Positions 17,247-26,965 of a DNA stretch of 64,000 bases are shown one piece after another. The DNA comes from an uncultured virus (IMG/VR IMGVR_UViG_3300029908_000008) (Duplodnaviria; Heunggongvirae; Uroviricota; Caudoviricetes). The stretch lies in the IMG/VR virus record IMGVR_UViG_3300029908_000008. The stretch is one strand, 5' to 3'. The first letter of the stretch is position 1. Each line of letters opens with the position of its first letter. The notes below the pieces were generated by a model that made no database searches, was not told the DNA's origin, and saw only the letters and a list, made by a program, of their open reading frames with translations. A program made the position numbers and the translations under genes.

Positions 17247-18752
17247 ATGAAATATTTTAAATCTGCACAAGAATTGGGGACACTAGAACCTGAAATTAGC
17301 GAATTATCCAGGCTAATGAACACATATTTAGATAGTTATGGTGGTCACAATTTAGAAACTATTATTGAAGATTTATCACAATCATCTACAGTGCCTTTAC
17401 ATGTTAAAAGCATTTTATATTCTAAAACAATAAATTTTTTAAACCTAGCATTTATTCAAGTTGGTAACAGATCTGCTATAAGAAGTCTAAATGAAATTGT
17501 TCATGCTAATTTAAGTTTTGAAACTCGCACAAATATTATCACAACTTTACTTCAAAAAATAAGAAACAACGCCACAGGTCAACAAATTTTAGAATTCCTC
17601 AATGAAGAAGAAAACAATATTTTTAATCCTAAGAATAATCAAGTACCTGATTTAGAAGAGCCACCTGTTGCAGGACATGTTGATCCAGAGCCAGTTACTG
17701 CTCCACCAGTAGTTACACCAGCCGAAGCACAAGAAGTTGCCAACTCAGTTACCTATAGTACATTAGAGCAATTTAAAAAAATAGTAAATAATAATAAAAA
17801 TTTTCCTGAGTTAAATAATCAAGTGCAAAAAGGCCTTGCAGATGCCGTCAGTTTAATAAAATCATCAACTGGTAGTGGTGCAACTTTTAGACTAGATAAT
17901 GATAGTAACATTTTAAAAATTTCTTTAGGTAACGACTTTTATACTTTAAATTTGAATGATGAAAATCAAGTACAGCAAGAATGTTTAAAAATAATTAAAA
18001 AGCATGGTCAAGGCAATACAGTAATTAAGAATGCTTTTCAATACCTTACAGGAACTTTTAATTACAAATACTGGACTGCACAAAAAAAAATTAATCTCAA
18101 AAATGCTTCAAAGTTTAGTAAATATAAAGAACTTAGCAAATTGTTTGATGATTTAAATTATGATATTCCAAAAATTAAAAATGCTATTAAATTAAGACTT
18201 GCCGCACAACAAAGAAATCCAAAACTATTTTCTGAATGGGAAGACTTTAAAAATTCTGGATTTGGCAAAAATTCAAAAGATGATCTAAATAAAAACAATT
18301 GGTTTAAAAAAATTAAGATTGTAAAACGATTATTAACATTTGTTGGAATATTAATAATCGGAAAAGTAGGGTTAGATACTTACGACCTTATGAATAAAAG
18401 TGTAGACAAACATGGTAATCTAATCAATAATAATAAATTACAAACTGGCGCTGGCGGCATTAATATTGTACCTAATAACGGAATATCATCCTCAGACTCT
18501 GACCTTTCTGGAGCAAATAATTCACAACCGACAAATAATTCACAACCGACAAATAATTCACAACCGACAAATAATAACAAAAAACAACTATTTCCAAAAT
18601 TTGATAGTACATCGAATAATAGTGTTACTCCTGTTACTAATAAACCAATGGGAGTAACAATCGTTAAAAGCACTATGACACCAAATCAAAAACAATCTCT
18701 GAAAAATTTACCAACATCATCGGCCAATTGGCTCACCTCTATTATGAAATAA
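17247..18752 (+). CDS. Hypothetical protein with KSAQ motif, one hydrophobic helix and NNSQPT repeats
   Basis: MKYFKSAQ; LLTFVGILIIGKVGL; Pro-rich linker. Confidence 0.8.
   Translation: MKYFKSAQELGTLEPEISELSRLMNTYLDSYGGHNLETIIEDLSQSSTVPLHVKSILYSKTINFLNLAFIQVGNRSAIRSLNEIVHANLSFETRTNIITTLLQKIRNNATGQQILEFLNEEENNIFNPKNNQVPDLEEPPVAGHVDPEPVTAPPVVTPAEAQEVANSVTYSTLEQFKKIVNNNKNFPELNNQVQKGLADAVSLIKSSTGSGATFRLDNDSNILKISLGNDFYTLNLNDENQVQQECLKIIKKHGQGNTVIKNAFQYLTGTFNYKYWTAQKKINLKNASKFSKYKELSKLFDDLNYDIPKIKNAIKLRLAAQQRNPKLFSEWEDFKNSGFGKNSKDDLNKNNWFKKIKIVKRLLTFVGILIIGKVGLDTYDLMNKSVDKHGNLINNNKLQTGAGGINIVPNNGISSSDSDLSGANNSQPTNNSQPTNNSQPTNNNKKQLFPKFDSTSNNSVTPVTNKPMGVTIVKSTMTPNQKQSLKNLPTSSANWLTSIMK
18514..18575 (+). 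repeat. 18-bp tandem repeat x3.4 (coding NNSQPT)
   Basis: CAAATAATTCACAACCGA repeated perfectly. Confidence 0.9.
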
Positions 18753-18757
18753 ACTAA

Positions 18758-20101
18758 TTAATAATTAGTTTCGTCATCAGATCCAGAATCATCAGATTGA
18801 TTTTCATCATTTTGAGTAAGCAGTGTTGTAAGTGCGTCTGATGTATTTATTCCCAGCATGGACACATCCTGTGATTCGTCATATAATACATATTGATAAC
18901 CCGAAGGAATACTGTTGTAAAGTGTTGACAACTCTTGGCTTGCTTGACTACAATTAGGTTTAATATTTGTTGAAGATCCAGTAGATCCAGTAGATCCAGT
19001 AGATCCACTCGATCCACTTGAATTACAAAGATTTTCATCATAACAATCCCCCGTAGGATCACATGGATCACATTGTTGACTATATTTGTAAATATTGATC
19101 TTACTGGCGTGAATTTTAGACCCTATAAACCCACAATTTAGTAAATCCGAATGAAAAGAAGGGTAATCCGAAAATCCATTAAACACATAATCACAAACAT
19201 TCATTAACGCACCCATTATACCAGGGTCAATATCACCTAGTTGTGACAGCGCTTGGTTACATGCGGCTTGTTTAGGATTATTTTGTGAAGTTGACGAATT
19301 TGTTGTATCATCGTTAACAGTCGAGGCGACCAATTTATCAAAAGGCCCAGTTTTAAAAATGTTTTTAGTAATTTCGCCTAACAGTTTATAACTAGGGTCT
19401 GTAGGCAATAAAAATTTCGTTACAATGTTTTGTTGGACTTCGGATTCAATAATAGTTTTGAGACCTTCATTACTCAACGAGGCGATTGCTGTATTTAAAT
19501 TAGTTGTAAGATATTGCACTGATTCTGTAAAAGAAGGATCAGGACTTGGGTCAGAAGCGTTAACAGCATACAACGTCATAAAATTATATGCCTCACTATA
19601 TCCATTTTGGTCTACAGGATGAAAGACCATTTCTAAAACAATAAAGCCAATAATTAAAGCAATTTGAGGATATTTATTAAAATAATTATTAAAAATTGGT
19701 AATAAATAAATCTGCTTCAGATCATTTGTGATAGCACTTGCATTAATTTTATTACTAGGTTGAGTGGCAAAACTATTTGTAAGTGTTACTCCAAAACTAA
19801 TAAAAGCATCTGTGACAGTACTAGCATCTGAATTTTTGTATTTTTTAATAAAAGATGTTGCGTCTTGGAGTGTTATTTTATTAATAATATTAAAAATATC
19901 AGTCGCAACAGCACTAGATAATGCAGTAGATTGTTGGAGACTAGTGTAAATTTTACCTAAAGTCTTTGCATCAGTTTGAGTTGTTTGAGTTGGTTGAAGA
20001 ACCTGGCTATATTTTAGAAATAATTTATCCGCTTGATGATATAAACCATTAATATCAAAATTCCTACATATTTTTACAATTCTTTTTAAACTATTATTCA
20101 T
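18758..20101 (-). CDS. Hypothetical protein with shared N-terminal tag and Cys/GS-rich C-terminus
   Basis: IVKICRNFDINGLYHQADKLFLKYSQ; CDPCDPTGDC...SGSSGSTGSTGS. Confidence 0.8.
   Translation of the reverse strand: MNNSLKRIVKICRNFDINGLYHQADKLFLKYSQVLQPTQTTQTDAKTLGKIYTSLQQSTALSSAVATDIFNIINKITLQDATSFIKKYKNSDASTVTDAFISFGVTLTNSFATQPSNKINASAITNDLKQIYLLPIFNNYFNKYPQIALIIGFIVLEMVFHPVDQNGYSEAYNFMTLYAVNASDPSPDPSFTESVQYLTTNLNTAIASLSNEGLKTIIESEVQQNIVTKFLLPTDPSYKLLGEITKNIFKTGPFDKLVASTVNDDTTNSSTSQNNPKQAACNQALSQLGDIDPGIMGALMNVCDYVFNGFSDYPSFHSDLLNCGFIGSKIHASKINIYKYSQQCDPCDPTGDCYDENLCNSSGSSGSTGSTGSTGSSTNIKPNCSQASQELSTLYNSIPSGYQYVLYDESQDVSMLGINTSDALTTLLTQNDENQSDDSGSDDETNY
18974..19018 (-). repeat. 9-bp tandem repeat coding TGS/SGS
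   Basis: AGATCCAGT x3 followed by two degenerate copies. Confidence 0.8.
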
Positions 20102-20105
20102 TATT

Positions 20106-20477
20106 TTATTTCAAAGTTAAAAGATATTTTAATCTTTCTAAAATCGCAAGTAAATCATCTTTTAAATTTAGAAGTTCACTGTCTTTTTCAAACATATTAG
20201 TAATATCTGTAGAAAGAAAATCTACACAAAAATCAATGACATTTTTAGGAGAGTGTTCAGATTCTTTACTGGTGTAGTCATAGATTTTAATAGTGTAAAA
20301 TCCTTTTTCACTTTCCTCCCTACCATATTTACCCATATAAACTTCCATTATTTCATCTATTTTACCAGATAAATCTTTATATGTTCGATCAAATGCTTTA
20401 TGCTCAGCAAAACTTTTAGTTTTCCAATGGTAAATTTTCATTTGCTCTGCTAAACTTAAAAAAAATGGAATAAGCAT
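20106..20477 (-). CDS. Ferritin/Dps-like four-helix protein (DUF5856-like)
   Basis: YHWKT..FAEHKAFD..Y......D...E.YMGKYGR...LLN..DD......KYLLTL. Confidence 0.7.
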   Translation of the reverse strand: MLIPFFLSLAEQMKIYHWKTKSFAEHKAFDRTYKDLSGKIDEIMEVYMGKYGREESEKGFYTIKIYDYTSKESEHSPKNVIDFCVDFLSTDITNMFEKDSELLNLKDDLLAILERLKYLLTLK

Positions 20478-20598
20478 ATATAAAATAAAATTCTTTTCCG
20501 AAACTGTAATAACCTCCTGTAAATTAATGTATAATAATTAAAGGTATTAATAAAGATATATTAATACCAATATATTAAACAAGGAGAAAATATATAAT

Positions 20599-21045
20599 AT
20601 GAAATTAACTAAATTTAATGATAATCCATTATCTTCTTTTTTTGAAGACACTAACAACTTCATGAGGGTTTTTGATAGCCCATTCTTTACAAGGAGTTTC
20701 AGCAATATGAATGCTGTATCCCTCGATACAGATGTATTTGAGGCTGATGGTAATTTTAATATTATTTCGGAGATTCCTGGGCTCAATAAAGAAGATATAA
20801 AAGTTAGTTATGATAGTTCTAACAGATTTTTATCTATCACGGCTAAATCAAGTTATAAAAAATTTGAAGATAAGCCTAACTATCACATTCGCGAGAGAAG
20901 TATTGGATCTTCTACTCGACAATTTAGAATCCCATCATATGTAGATGCTGGTTCAATTACTAGTTCTATTGAAGATGGAATTCTGAAAATTTCTGCGCCG
21001 ATTCTACCAGAAACAAATAGTGTGGTAGATATTGAAATTATTTAG
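20599..21045 (+). CDS. Small heat-shock protein (Hsp20/alpha-crystallin)
   Basis: EIPGLNKEDIKV, HIRER..G...RQFRIP..VD...I...IEDGILKI; SD AAGGAG. Confidence 0.92.
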   Translation: MKLTKFNDNPLSSFFEDTNNFMRVFDSPFFTRSFSNMNAVSLDTDVFEADGNFNIISEIPGLNKEDIKVSYDSSNRFLSITAKSSYKKFEDKPNYHIRERSIGSSTRQFRIPSYVDAGSITSSIEDGILKISAPILPETNSVVDIEII

Positions 21046-21481
21046 ATTTCTGAATAATTAATGAATTGTGGCCTTCCTGATTAGTAATAGTTCCTACATC
21101 GATAGGAAATTGATTTTTAATAAGCGGATTTAAAGTCCCTCTATTTGAATCAAAAGTTACTTTGCCTCCATCACAAGCAATGTATGGAGTGTTTTCAGGA
21201 AGGCCATGATTTTTTAACCACTCTTTAAATCCGTTTACATCTGAGTTTTTATTATTATCTAATGTATAGTACATTTTGTTATGTTGCGGCTCAAATCTAC
21301 CATGCAACAATACTATTTTTTTATTTGTGATAGATTCAGTTATAATTTGTGGCGGAGAATTCGGAGATAATTGTTTAATATTTTCTTTAATCTCCAAACT
21401 AACATTTTTATTATTTAAATCCTGAGGATTATTTAAATTTAATGATTCCGGTTTATTTTCAACTGCATATTTTAGCCACAT
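21038..21481 (-). CDS. Hypothetical protein with MWLKYA start
   Basis: CAGG-N17-ATGAA-N9-ATG upstream; VLLHG...YIACDGG. Confidence 0.7.
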   Translation of the reverse strand: MWLKYAVENKPESLNLNNPQDLNNKNVSLEIKENIKQLSPNSPPQIITESITNKKIVLLHGRFEPQHNKMYYTLDNNKNSDVNGFKEWLKNHGLPENTPYIACDGGKVTFDSNRGTLNPLIKNQFPIDVGTITNQEGHNSLIIQKSK

Positions 21482-21529
21482 AAAATTTGTTTCATATAAT
21501 CAATTCATAAAACCTGTATAAAACTAATT

Positions 21530-22048
21530 ATGAAGTATTTATTATTAATTTTCTGCGCAGTTATTTTAGCAAATTGTGCAGGTAAAGATAATCATATTAG
21601 TACTGAATATTATTGTTTCAATACAGACCCATCCAAAGATAACAATATAAAATTATTAGAAAGTCAAATGGTTAATACCGAAGCAGATAATATCAATGTA
21701 TGTATTTTTGGAGAAAAAACCTATGAAATTTATTCCGGCCCAAAACCTAATAAAGATAGAAAATTTGATGAAATAATAAATGAATGCCTAAATAAATCTA
21801 AGTTAATTAATATACATTCTACTAATTTTAATAATTTGTTAATTTATTTAAACAATAGAGTTCGAAATTCTAGTAATGCTTATATATACACTGACGGCAA
21901 ATTCATGAATTACCAAACTCAAGAATTACTGATAAATTTGAACAAAAAAGGATTACAAAGTGTTAGATTCTTCGGTGTTGACATAAAATACAAAGAATCC
22001 ATTTATAATATATTTATAAAATCTAAAATAACAGTTAATCAAAACTAA
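21530..22048 (+). CDS. Predicted lipoprotein, possibly VWA-like
   Basis: MKYLLLIFCAVILANC signal/lipobox; YIYTDG and VRFFGV motifs; TGTATAAA-N7-ATG. Confidence 0.6.
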   Translation: MKYLLLIFCAVILANCAGKDNHISTEYYCFNTDPSKDNNIKLLESQMVNTEADNINVCIFGEKTYEIYSGPKPNKDRKFDEIINECLNKSKLINIHSTNFNNLLIYLNNRVRNSSNAYIYTDGKFMNYQTQELLINLNKKGLQSVRFFGVDIKYKESIYNIFIKSKITVNQN

Positions 22049-22405
22049 TTAATCTGGAATTGGTTTTAATTTACCATCTATCATTCTAACAGCATAAGAA
22101 TCTTTATATTCTGATTTACCTCTAACTTCACAGTCATAATATAAAGAGGTTAAAAATATAAAAAATAAATCAGTTTCTTTTGTTGCTATGGAGGTATCAT
22201 GAAAAATACTGATAACTAAATTATCATCATCTTCTTTCATAATCCAATTAGAGGCTAAGCCTTCGTTAATTGTAGAGAAAGATTCAGCAATTTCTTGACA
22301 ATAATTAATGTGTTTGTTAAAAATAAGTTTATAACTATATTTATAACTATCAAGATTTTCATAATCTTCAAGAGAATTTATTATTAATGACCCAGTAGAA
22401 ATCAT
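22049..22405 (-). CDS. Hypothetical protein
   Basis: 118-aa ORF in operon-like spacing. Confidence 0.65.
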   Translation of the reverse strand: MISTGSLIINSLEDYENLDSYKYSYKLIFNKHINYCQEIAESFSTINEGLASNWIMKEDDDNLVISIFHDTSIATKETDLFFIFLTSLYYDCEVRGKSEYKDSYAVRMIDGKLKPIPD

Positions 22406-22417
22406 ATGTTTTAAAAA

Positions 22418-22870
22418 TTAAAGTTCTATATTAAATTTTCCGAATAAAGATCTAAAATTGTTATTCTCCTCAGTTAACTCTTCATTTGTGTCAGTAAGTG
22501 ATGAAATAATTTCAGACATACCCTGAATTTTTTCTGCATTTTCTAGTGTTATATTAGTTCTAACGTTAGAAATTTCTTTTATTAAAGCCATATCATATTC
22601 TGATAATAAATTATCTAACTCCTGCTTATGTAGGTTTTCTATTTCTTTAATCATATTATTATGTGATTCATTCATTTCTTTTAATTTATTGACATAATCA
22701 TTAAATTGTAATAAATTTTTATTAGTAAGAGAATCTAAACTTAATTTTAAATTATTGTTTCTATCTTCTAACTCATTTAAATTTAATTCATATTGTTGTT
22801 TATATGGAGAAACAATATCCTCTACAACCTTAGGAAAGATTTTTTTAATAATGAACGATATCCATGACAT
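22418..22870 (-). CDS. Coiled-coil hypothetical protein
   Basis: Heptad-rich sequence; TGTATATT-N7-ATG. Confidence 0.7.
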   Translation of the reverse strand: MSWISFIIKKIFPKVVEDIVSPYKQQYELNLNELEDRNNNLKLSLDSLTNKNLLQFNDYVNKLKEMNESHNNMIKEIENLHKQELDNLLSEYDMALIKEISNVRTNITLENAEKIQGMSEIISSLTDTNEELTEENNNFRSLFGKFNIEL

Positions 22871-22903
22871 ATATTTTAATATACAATAATTATAATAATA
22901 TAA

Positions 22904-23317
22904 TTACATTGAAATTATATTACCTCTTGAAAAACTTTTTATATCAATTTTACTAGGTTTAAAACCTTGATACAGCGTTTCCAGGCAGTTTTCTGGTATT
23001 ACTTTATTACCGCAATAGAAAAGATTAATCGCTAGATATTTATATTCTGGATATGTATGAGCGCTTAATAAACTTTCACTTAATACTTGGGCTATTGTGA
23101 GACCGTAAGGTGAAAATTCATGACAATGACTACTAACAATTGTTAAATTCGATTTTTCGCATGCATCATTAAATAGATTGTTTATTAATTTAGTGTCACA
23201 CATAAATTCAGTAGTGCAATCACAATCAAAAAATTCTAAAATAATTTCTGTACCAAGAGCATCTTTATAATTTAAAGTTGGTAATTCCCCTGTGCATTTT
23301 GTGATAAATTCATACAT
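22904..23317 (-). CDS. speD: S-adenosylmethionine decarboxylase proenzyme (class 1b-like)
   Basis: HEFSPYGLT...LSES..SAHTYPE...NLFYCG...RG. Confidence 0.85.
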   Translation of the reverse strand: MYEFITKCTGELPTLNYKDALGTEIILEFFDCDCTTEFMCDTKLINNLFNDACEKSNLTIVSSHCHEFSPYGLTIAQVLSESLLSAHTYPEYKYLAINLFYCGNKVIPENCLETLYQGFKPSKIDIKSFSRGNIISM

Positions 23318-23339
23318 ATTTTCTCATTATACAGAAATA

Positions 23340-23966
23340 TTATGATTTTGGTTTTTTAGAAGATTGTTTCCATAAAAATAAATCAAATTCTTGAGGATTT
23401 AAATTGTTTTTATCACAATATTCTAAAAAGGTAGATTCATAAAATAAATATTGTGATTTAGAAAAAGATTTTTTATTTTTAATAGGTAAAATATTTTCTG
23501 AAATAAAATCTGCGATGTAAGTATCAATTACTGCACATCTATAAATCGCGCGAGTATTAATTAAAAAGAATCTTGCAGTTTTACAACCAATTCCAGGTAA
23601 TTTCTCTAATTCCTCTGCATCACATTTTTTTAAATCTATTTTTAATGAATGATATTCTTTAATGAATTTTTCAAGTAAGGAATACTTGCCTAAACCGTGT
23701 TTCTTAGCCATTGTAATAGCGTAATCAATTCCAAATAAATTAATAGCCGAGAAAATACCTAAAGAATTAAATTCTTTTTTAAATGAGTTAAATTTTTGAT
23801 TTTGAATATAAGCAGTTTTGCCTGCAACTAGCCAACATATCATTAAAAAATCTTGCAATTCGGCTTCAGATCTATGAATATTATATGGATTAAAAATGTC
23901 AACTAAATTTACCACAGTGGACTCATTCTCCCTATGTTCAGAATCATATGTTAAAATAGTTGACAT
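23340..23966 (-). CDS. HhH-superfamily DNA glycosylase-like protein (OGG-like)
   Basis: LEKLPGIGCKTARFFL HhH with Lys; AVIDT Asp; Y..YE..F; DL.LW. Start moved from TTG 23999, which lies in a TGTATAAT box. Confidence 0.7.
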   Translation of the reverse strand: MSTILTYDSEHRENESTVVNLVDIFNPYNIHRSEAELQDFLMICWLVAGKTAYIQNQKFNSFKKEFNSLGIFSAINLFGIDYAITMAKKHGLGKYSLLEKFIKEYHSLKIDLKKCDAEELEKLPGIGCKTARFFLINTRAIYRCAVIDTYIADFISENILPIKNKKSFSKSQYLFYESTFLEYCDKNNLNPQEFDLFLWKQSSKKPKS

Positions 23967-24034
23967 TATGAAATATTTATAACTAGATTTATTATACAAA
24001 GTTACAAAATTCTGTATTATTGTATAATAATCAC

Positions 24035-24274
24035 ATGAATGAAGATCTGCAAGAGATTAAGATAATGCTATCTGAAGAAATTTTTCAAAATTTAAATCTT
24101 GTAGAGAATTTTGAAAAATATGAAGATTCTTGTACTTTAACTGAAGCGATTTATCCAAGCGCTTTACAAAGTTGTTTACATGCGATGATGGCGGCAGTAG
24201 AATTATTGGAAGAATTAATAACTGAGAAGGAAGATAATGATAAAAATATTTCAGATGACGATGATGAACTATAA
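24035..24274 (+). CDS. Small acidic hypothetical protein
   Basis: TGTATAAT-N6-ATG(24035). Confidence 0.6.
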   Translation: MNEDLQEIKIMLSEEIFQNLNLVENFEKYEDSCTLTEAIYPSALQSCLHAMMAAVELLEELITEKEDNDKNISDDDDEL

Positions 24275-24283
24275 GAGAATATT

Positions 24284-25840
24284 ATGATTGTTGGTGTAGA
24301 TTTAGGAACTTGTTTTTCAGCCGTTGGGTATTACAATGGTGATAATGTTGAGTTAGTGCCTAACAGGCAGGGCTCTCGTATAACTCCTAGTGTTGTTGCT
24401 ATAAGTAAAGACGAAATTTTAATAGGAGAAGAGGCTTTTTTGGTTAAAGATGATTCTAATTTTATTTATATTGAAAAATCAAAAACACATATAGGTACCA
24501 ATAAGGTTTATCATACACCACAGGGAGTTTTTACACCAGAAAAAATTGCAGAATTAATTCTTACTCATCTTAAAAATTATACTGAAGAATTTTTAAAAAC
24601 AGCCATTACTCAGGCTGTTATAACTACGCCTGCTTATTTTTCTATTAAACAACGTAATCTAACAAAACTTGCCGCAGAAAAGGCAGGAATACAGGTTATG
24701 AAAATTTTATCAGAGCCTACAGCGGCGAGTTTAATGTGTAAAAATAATAAAAATTCTGAATATATTCTTGCTTATGACCTAGGTGGAGGGACTTTCGATA
24801 GTTCTATTTTAGTAGTTAATGATATGATTAGTAAAGTTATATCAACTCATGGCAACACTAATCTTGGCGGGCAAGATTTTGACGAATTATTAGCCAGAAC
24901 TCTAATACCTAATTATGATTCATTAAGTTATAATGAAAAAAACGAAGCCAATAATCTTTGTGAGGCCGCAAAAAAACAATTATCACTTAGAGACTCAGTA
25001 TATATACATTTAAATAAAATAAACAGCAAATTATTGCCTTATAATATTACATTATCTGAATTTGATTCTATTACTAAACCGTTAATTGATCTTACTAAAG
25101 AATGCGTTTTTGAGTGTATGAAAGATGCTGATTTATCACCATCAGACATTAATAGGGTTTTACTTATTGGTGGCTCCACAAGGCTTAAATCGGTGAAAAA
25201 ATTTCTTAGTAGTATTTTTAGTTGCGATATTGAAGTTTTAGGTAACCCTGATGAAAGTGTGGCGTTAGGAGCAACAATTCATGCAATGGATATTTCTGGT
25301 ACTAAGTATTCCAATTTATTAATTGACGTTGTACCACTAAGTATCAGTGTGAGATTAGACAACGGTTTTTGTAAAAAACTTATTCGAAGAAATAGCCCAA
25401 TTCCGTGTAGCAATGAGGAAATTTTTACTACGGCATTTGATAATCAAGAAAAAGTTGTTGTTGAAGTTTATCAAGGCGAAAATGAACTTTCTAAAAATAA
25501 TAATTTAATTGGTAAATTAGTTCTAGAAAATATTAAACAAGGAATTAAAGGTGATCCTAAAATTGCTGTTAATTTTGATATAGACCAAAATGCTGTATTG
25601 TCAATAAAAGTTTCTGATTTATCCACTAATTCTTTAGTTACAGCCAAGTTTGATTTTGATATTGAATCTCAAATAGAAAAAATTGATGAATCTTATGAAA
25701 TCTCAATCAACAATTATAAAACTAAATTATCAGATTTAAAATTAACGGTATTAGATTCGAACAAAATAGAAGTAATTGAATCGGCACTTGATTCAAATAA
25801 CTTAGAATTTGTGATTGCAACTTATGAAGATTTAATATAA
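24284..25840 (+). CDS. dnaK: Hsp70/DnaK-family chaperone, short C-terminal lid
   Basis: GVDLGT, TTPAYF, EPTAA, YDLGGGTFD, LGGQDFD, IGGSTR, NPDESVALGA, VYQGE. Confidence 0.93.
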   Translation: MIVGVDLGTCFSAVGYYNGDNVELVPNRQGSRITPSVVAISKDEILIGEEAFLVKDDSNFIYIEKSKTHIGTNKVYHTPQGVFTPEKIAELILTHLKNYTEEFLKTAITQAVITTPAYFSIKQRNLTKLAAEKAGIQVMKILSEPTAASLMCKNNKNSEYILAYDLGGGTFDSSILVVNDMISKVISTHGNTNLGGQDFDELLARTLIPNYDSLSYNEKNEANNLCEAAKKQLSLRDSVYIHLNKINSKLLPYNITLSEFDSITKPLIDLTKECVFECMKDADLSPSDINRVLLIGGSTRLKSVKKFLSSIFSCDIEVLGNPDESVALGATIHAMDISGTKYSNLLIDVVPLSISVRLDNGFCKKLIRRNSPIPCSNEEIFTTAFDNQEKVVVEVYQGENELSKNNNLIGKLVLENIKQGIKGDPKIAVNFDIDQNAVLSIKVSDLSTNSLVTAKFDFDIESQIEKIDESYEISINNYKTKLSDLKLTVLDSNKIEVIESALDSNNLEFVIATYEDLI

Positions 25841-25878
25841 CATTAGGTTTTTAATTGTTAAAACATTAATAAAATAAT

Positions 25879-26928
25879 GTGAGTAATAATCAATTTAACC
25901 CATTTATTGGCGAATTACGCACTTCAACAAATTTATTCCCATTGCAATTTATTATTAATGGAGTTTCTTATTTTCCTTTAGTAACTTCTTATAATACTAA
26001 CATAGCAGGACAATTATCAACAACGGCATATATTCAGGGCGGCGCTGGTTCTTCTGTTTATAATGCAGGCAAAAGATCCTTTCAAATTGATGTTTCTTTT
26101 CCTGTAAGAGTTGATATGAATAAAAATTTAGACCCATTTGTTACAGCAATGATCAATGCCTCCTTTTTATCAGGTATTATCACACCTAGTATCACAATAC
26201 AACAGGCTAATTTCAAAACAACAACTGATTTTCTTACAACACTAGGAAATGGATATTACAACTATAATAGCAATATATTTTTACCATTATTAGATTCATG
26301 TTTTATTCAAAATATGACGCTAACTGTTGACTCTAATACTAAAGTAACAATGACTTGCACAATTAAAGGTTCTATTGGCAAGACAGTAAATGCGCAATAT
26401 TTTACAGGTAGCAGTGCTTTAACATCTCTCACGTCATTTTTTACAATCTATAAAGTTTTGTCATTTTCTGATTGTTCATGTTTTATACAAGGTAGTTATG
26501 TGCCAAATGTCACAGGATTGAATTTTACAATAAATAAACAAATTCAAGAAGAGAAATATCTACGCAGTATTGATAATGACCCACCATTAGGATTTTCTGC
26601 ACCACAATTTTTATCATATAGCAATGATCTTCCATCTCAGGTCTCTGTTAATCAATTTACAGCAACTGGAAAAATATATCAAACACTCCGCACAATATCT
26701 GAGGATATTTATTTTTCAAGAAGTGGTGTAGGCAGTCCAACTAATTATTCATTTATAAATTATTATTTTGGACCTATAAGCATTTCAAGAAATTATGTAT
26801 TAATGCAACAGACTACACAACCGTTTCAGGCATCAGCACTAACAATTGAAAATGATTTATTATTTTATAAAACTCCTATTGTTAATCAGTCAGATTTCTT
26901 ATCCATTATTACTAATGGTATTTGGTGA
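25879..26928 (+). CDS. Putative tail structural protein (beta-rich, tube/baseplate-like)
   Basis: S/T/N-rich beta composition; TAGG(25844) promoter motif 35 nt upstream. Confidence 0.55.
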   Translation: MSNNQFNPFIGELRTSTNLFPLQFIINGVSYFPLVTSYNTNIAGQLSTTAYIQGGAGSSVYNAGKRSFQIDVSFPVRVDMNKNLDPFVTAMINASFLSGIITPSITIQQANFKTTTDFLTTLGNGYYNYNSNIFLPLLDSCFIQNMTLTVDSNTKVTMTCTIKGSIGKTVNAQYFTGSSALTSLTSFFTIYKVLSFSDCSCFIQGSYVPNVTGLNFTINKQIQEEKYLRSIDNDPPLGFSAPQFLSYSNDLPSQVSVNQFTATGKIYQTLRTISEDIYFSRSGVGSPTNYSFINYYFGPISISRNYVLMQQTTQPFQASALTIENDLLFYKTPIVNQSDFLSIITNGIW

Positions 26929-26965
26929 TATTATATAATATTGAAAAATACCAATCATATAATAT

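Noticed and set aside
23989..24030. 11-bp inverted repeat TTATTATACAA/TTGTATAATAA
   Set aside because: Explained by two divergent TGTATAAT promoter boxes rather than a separate element
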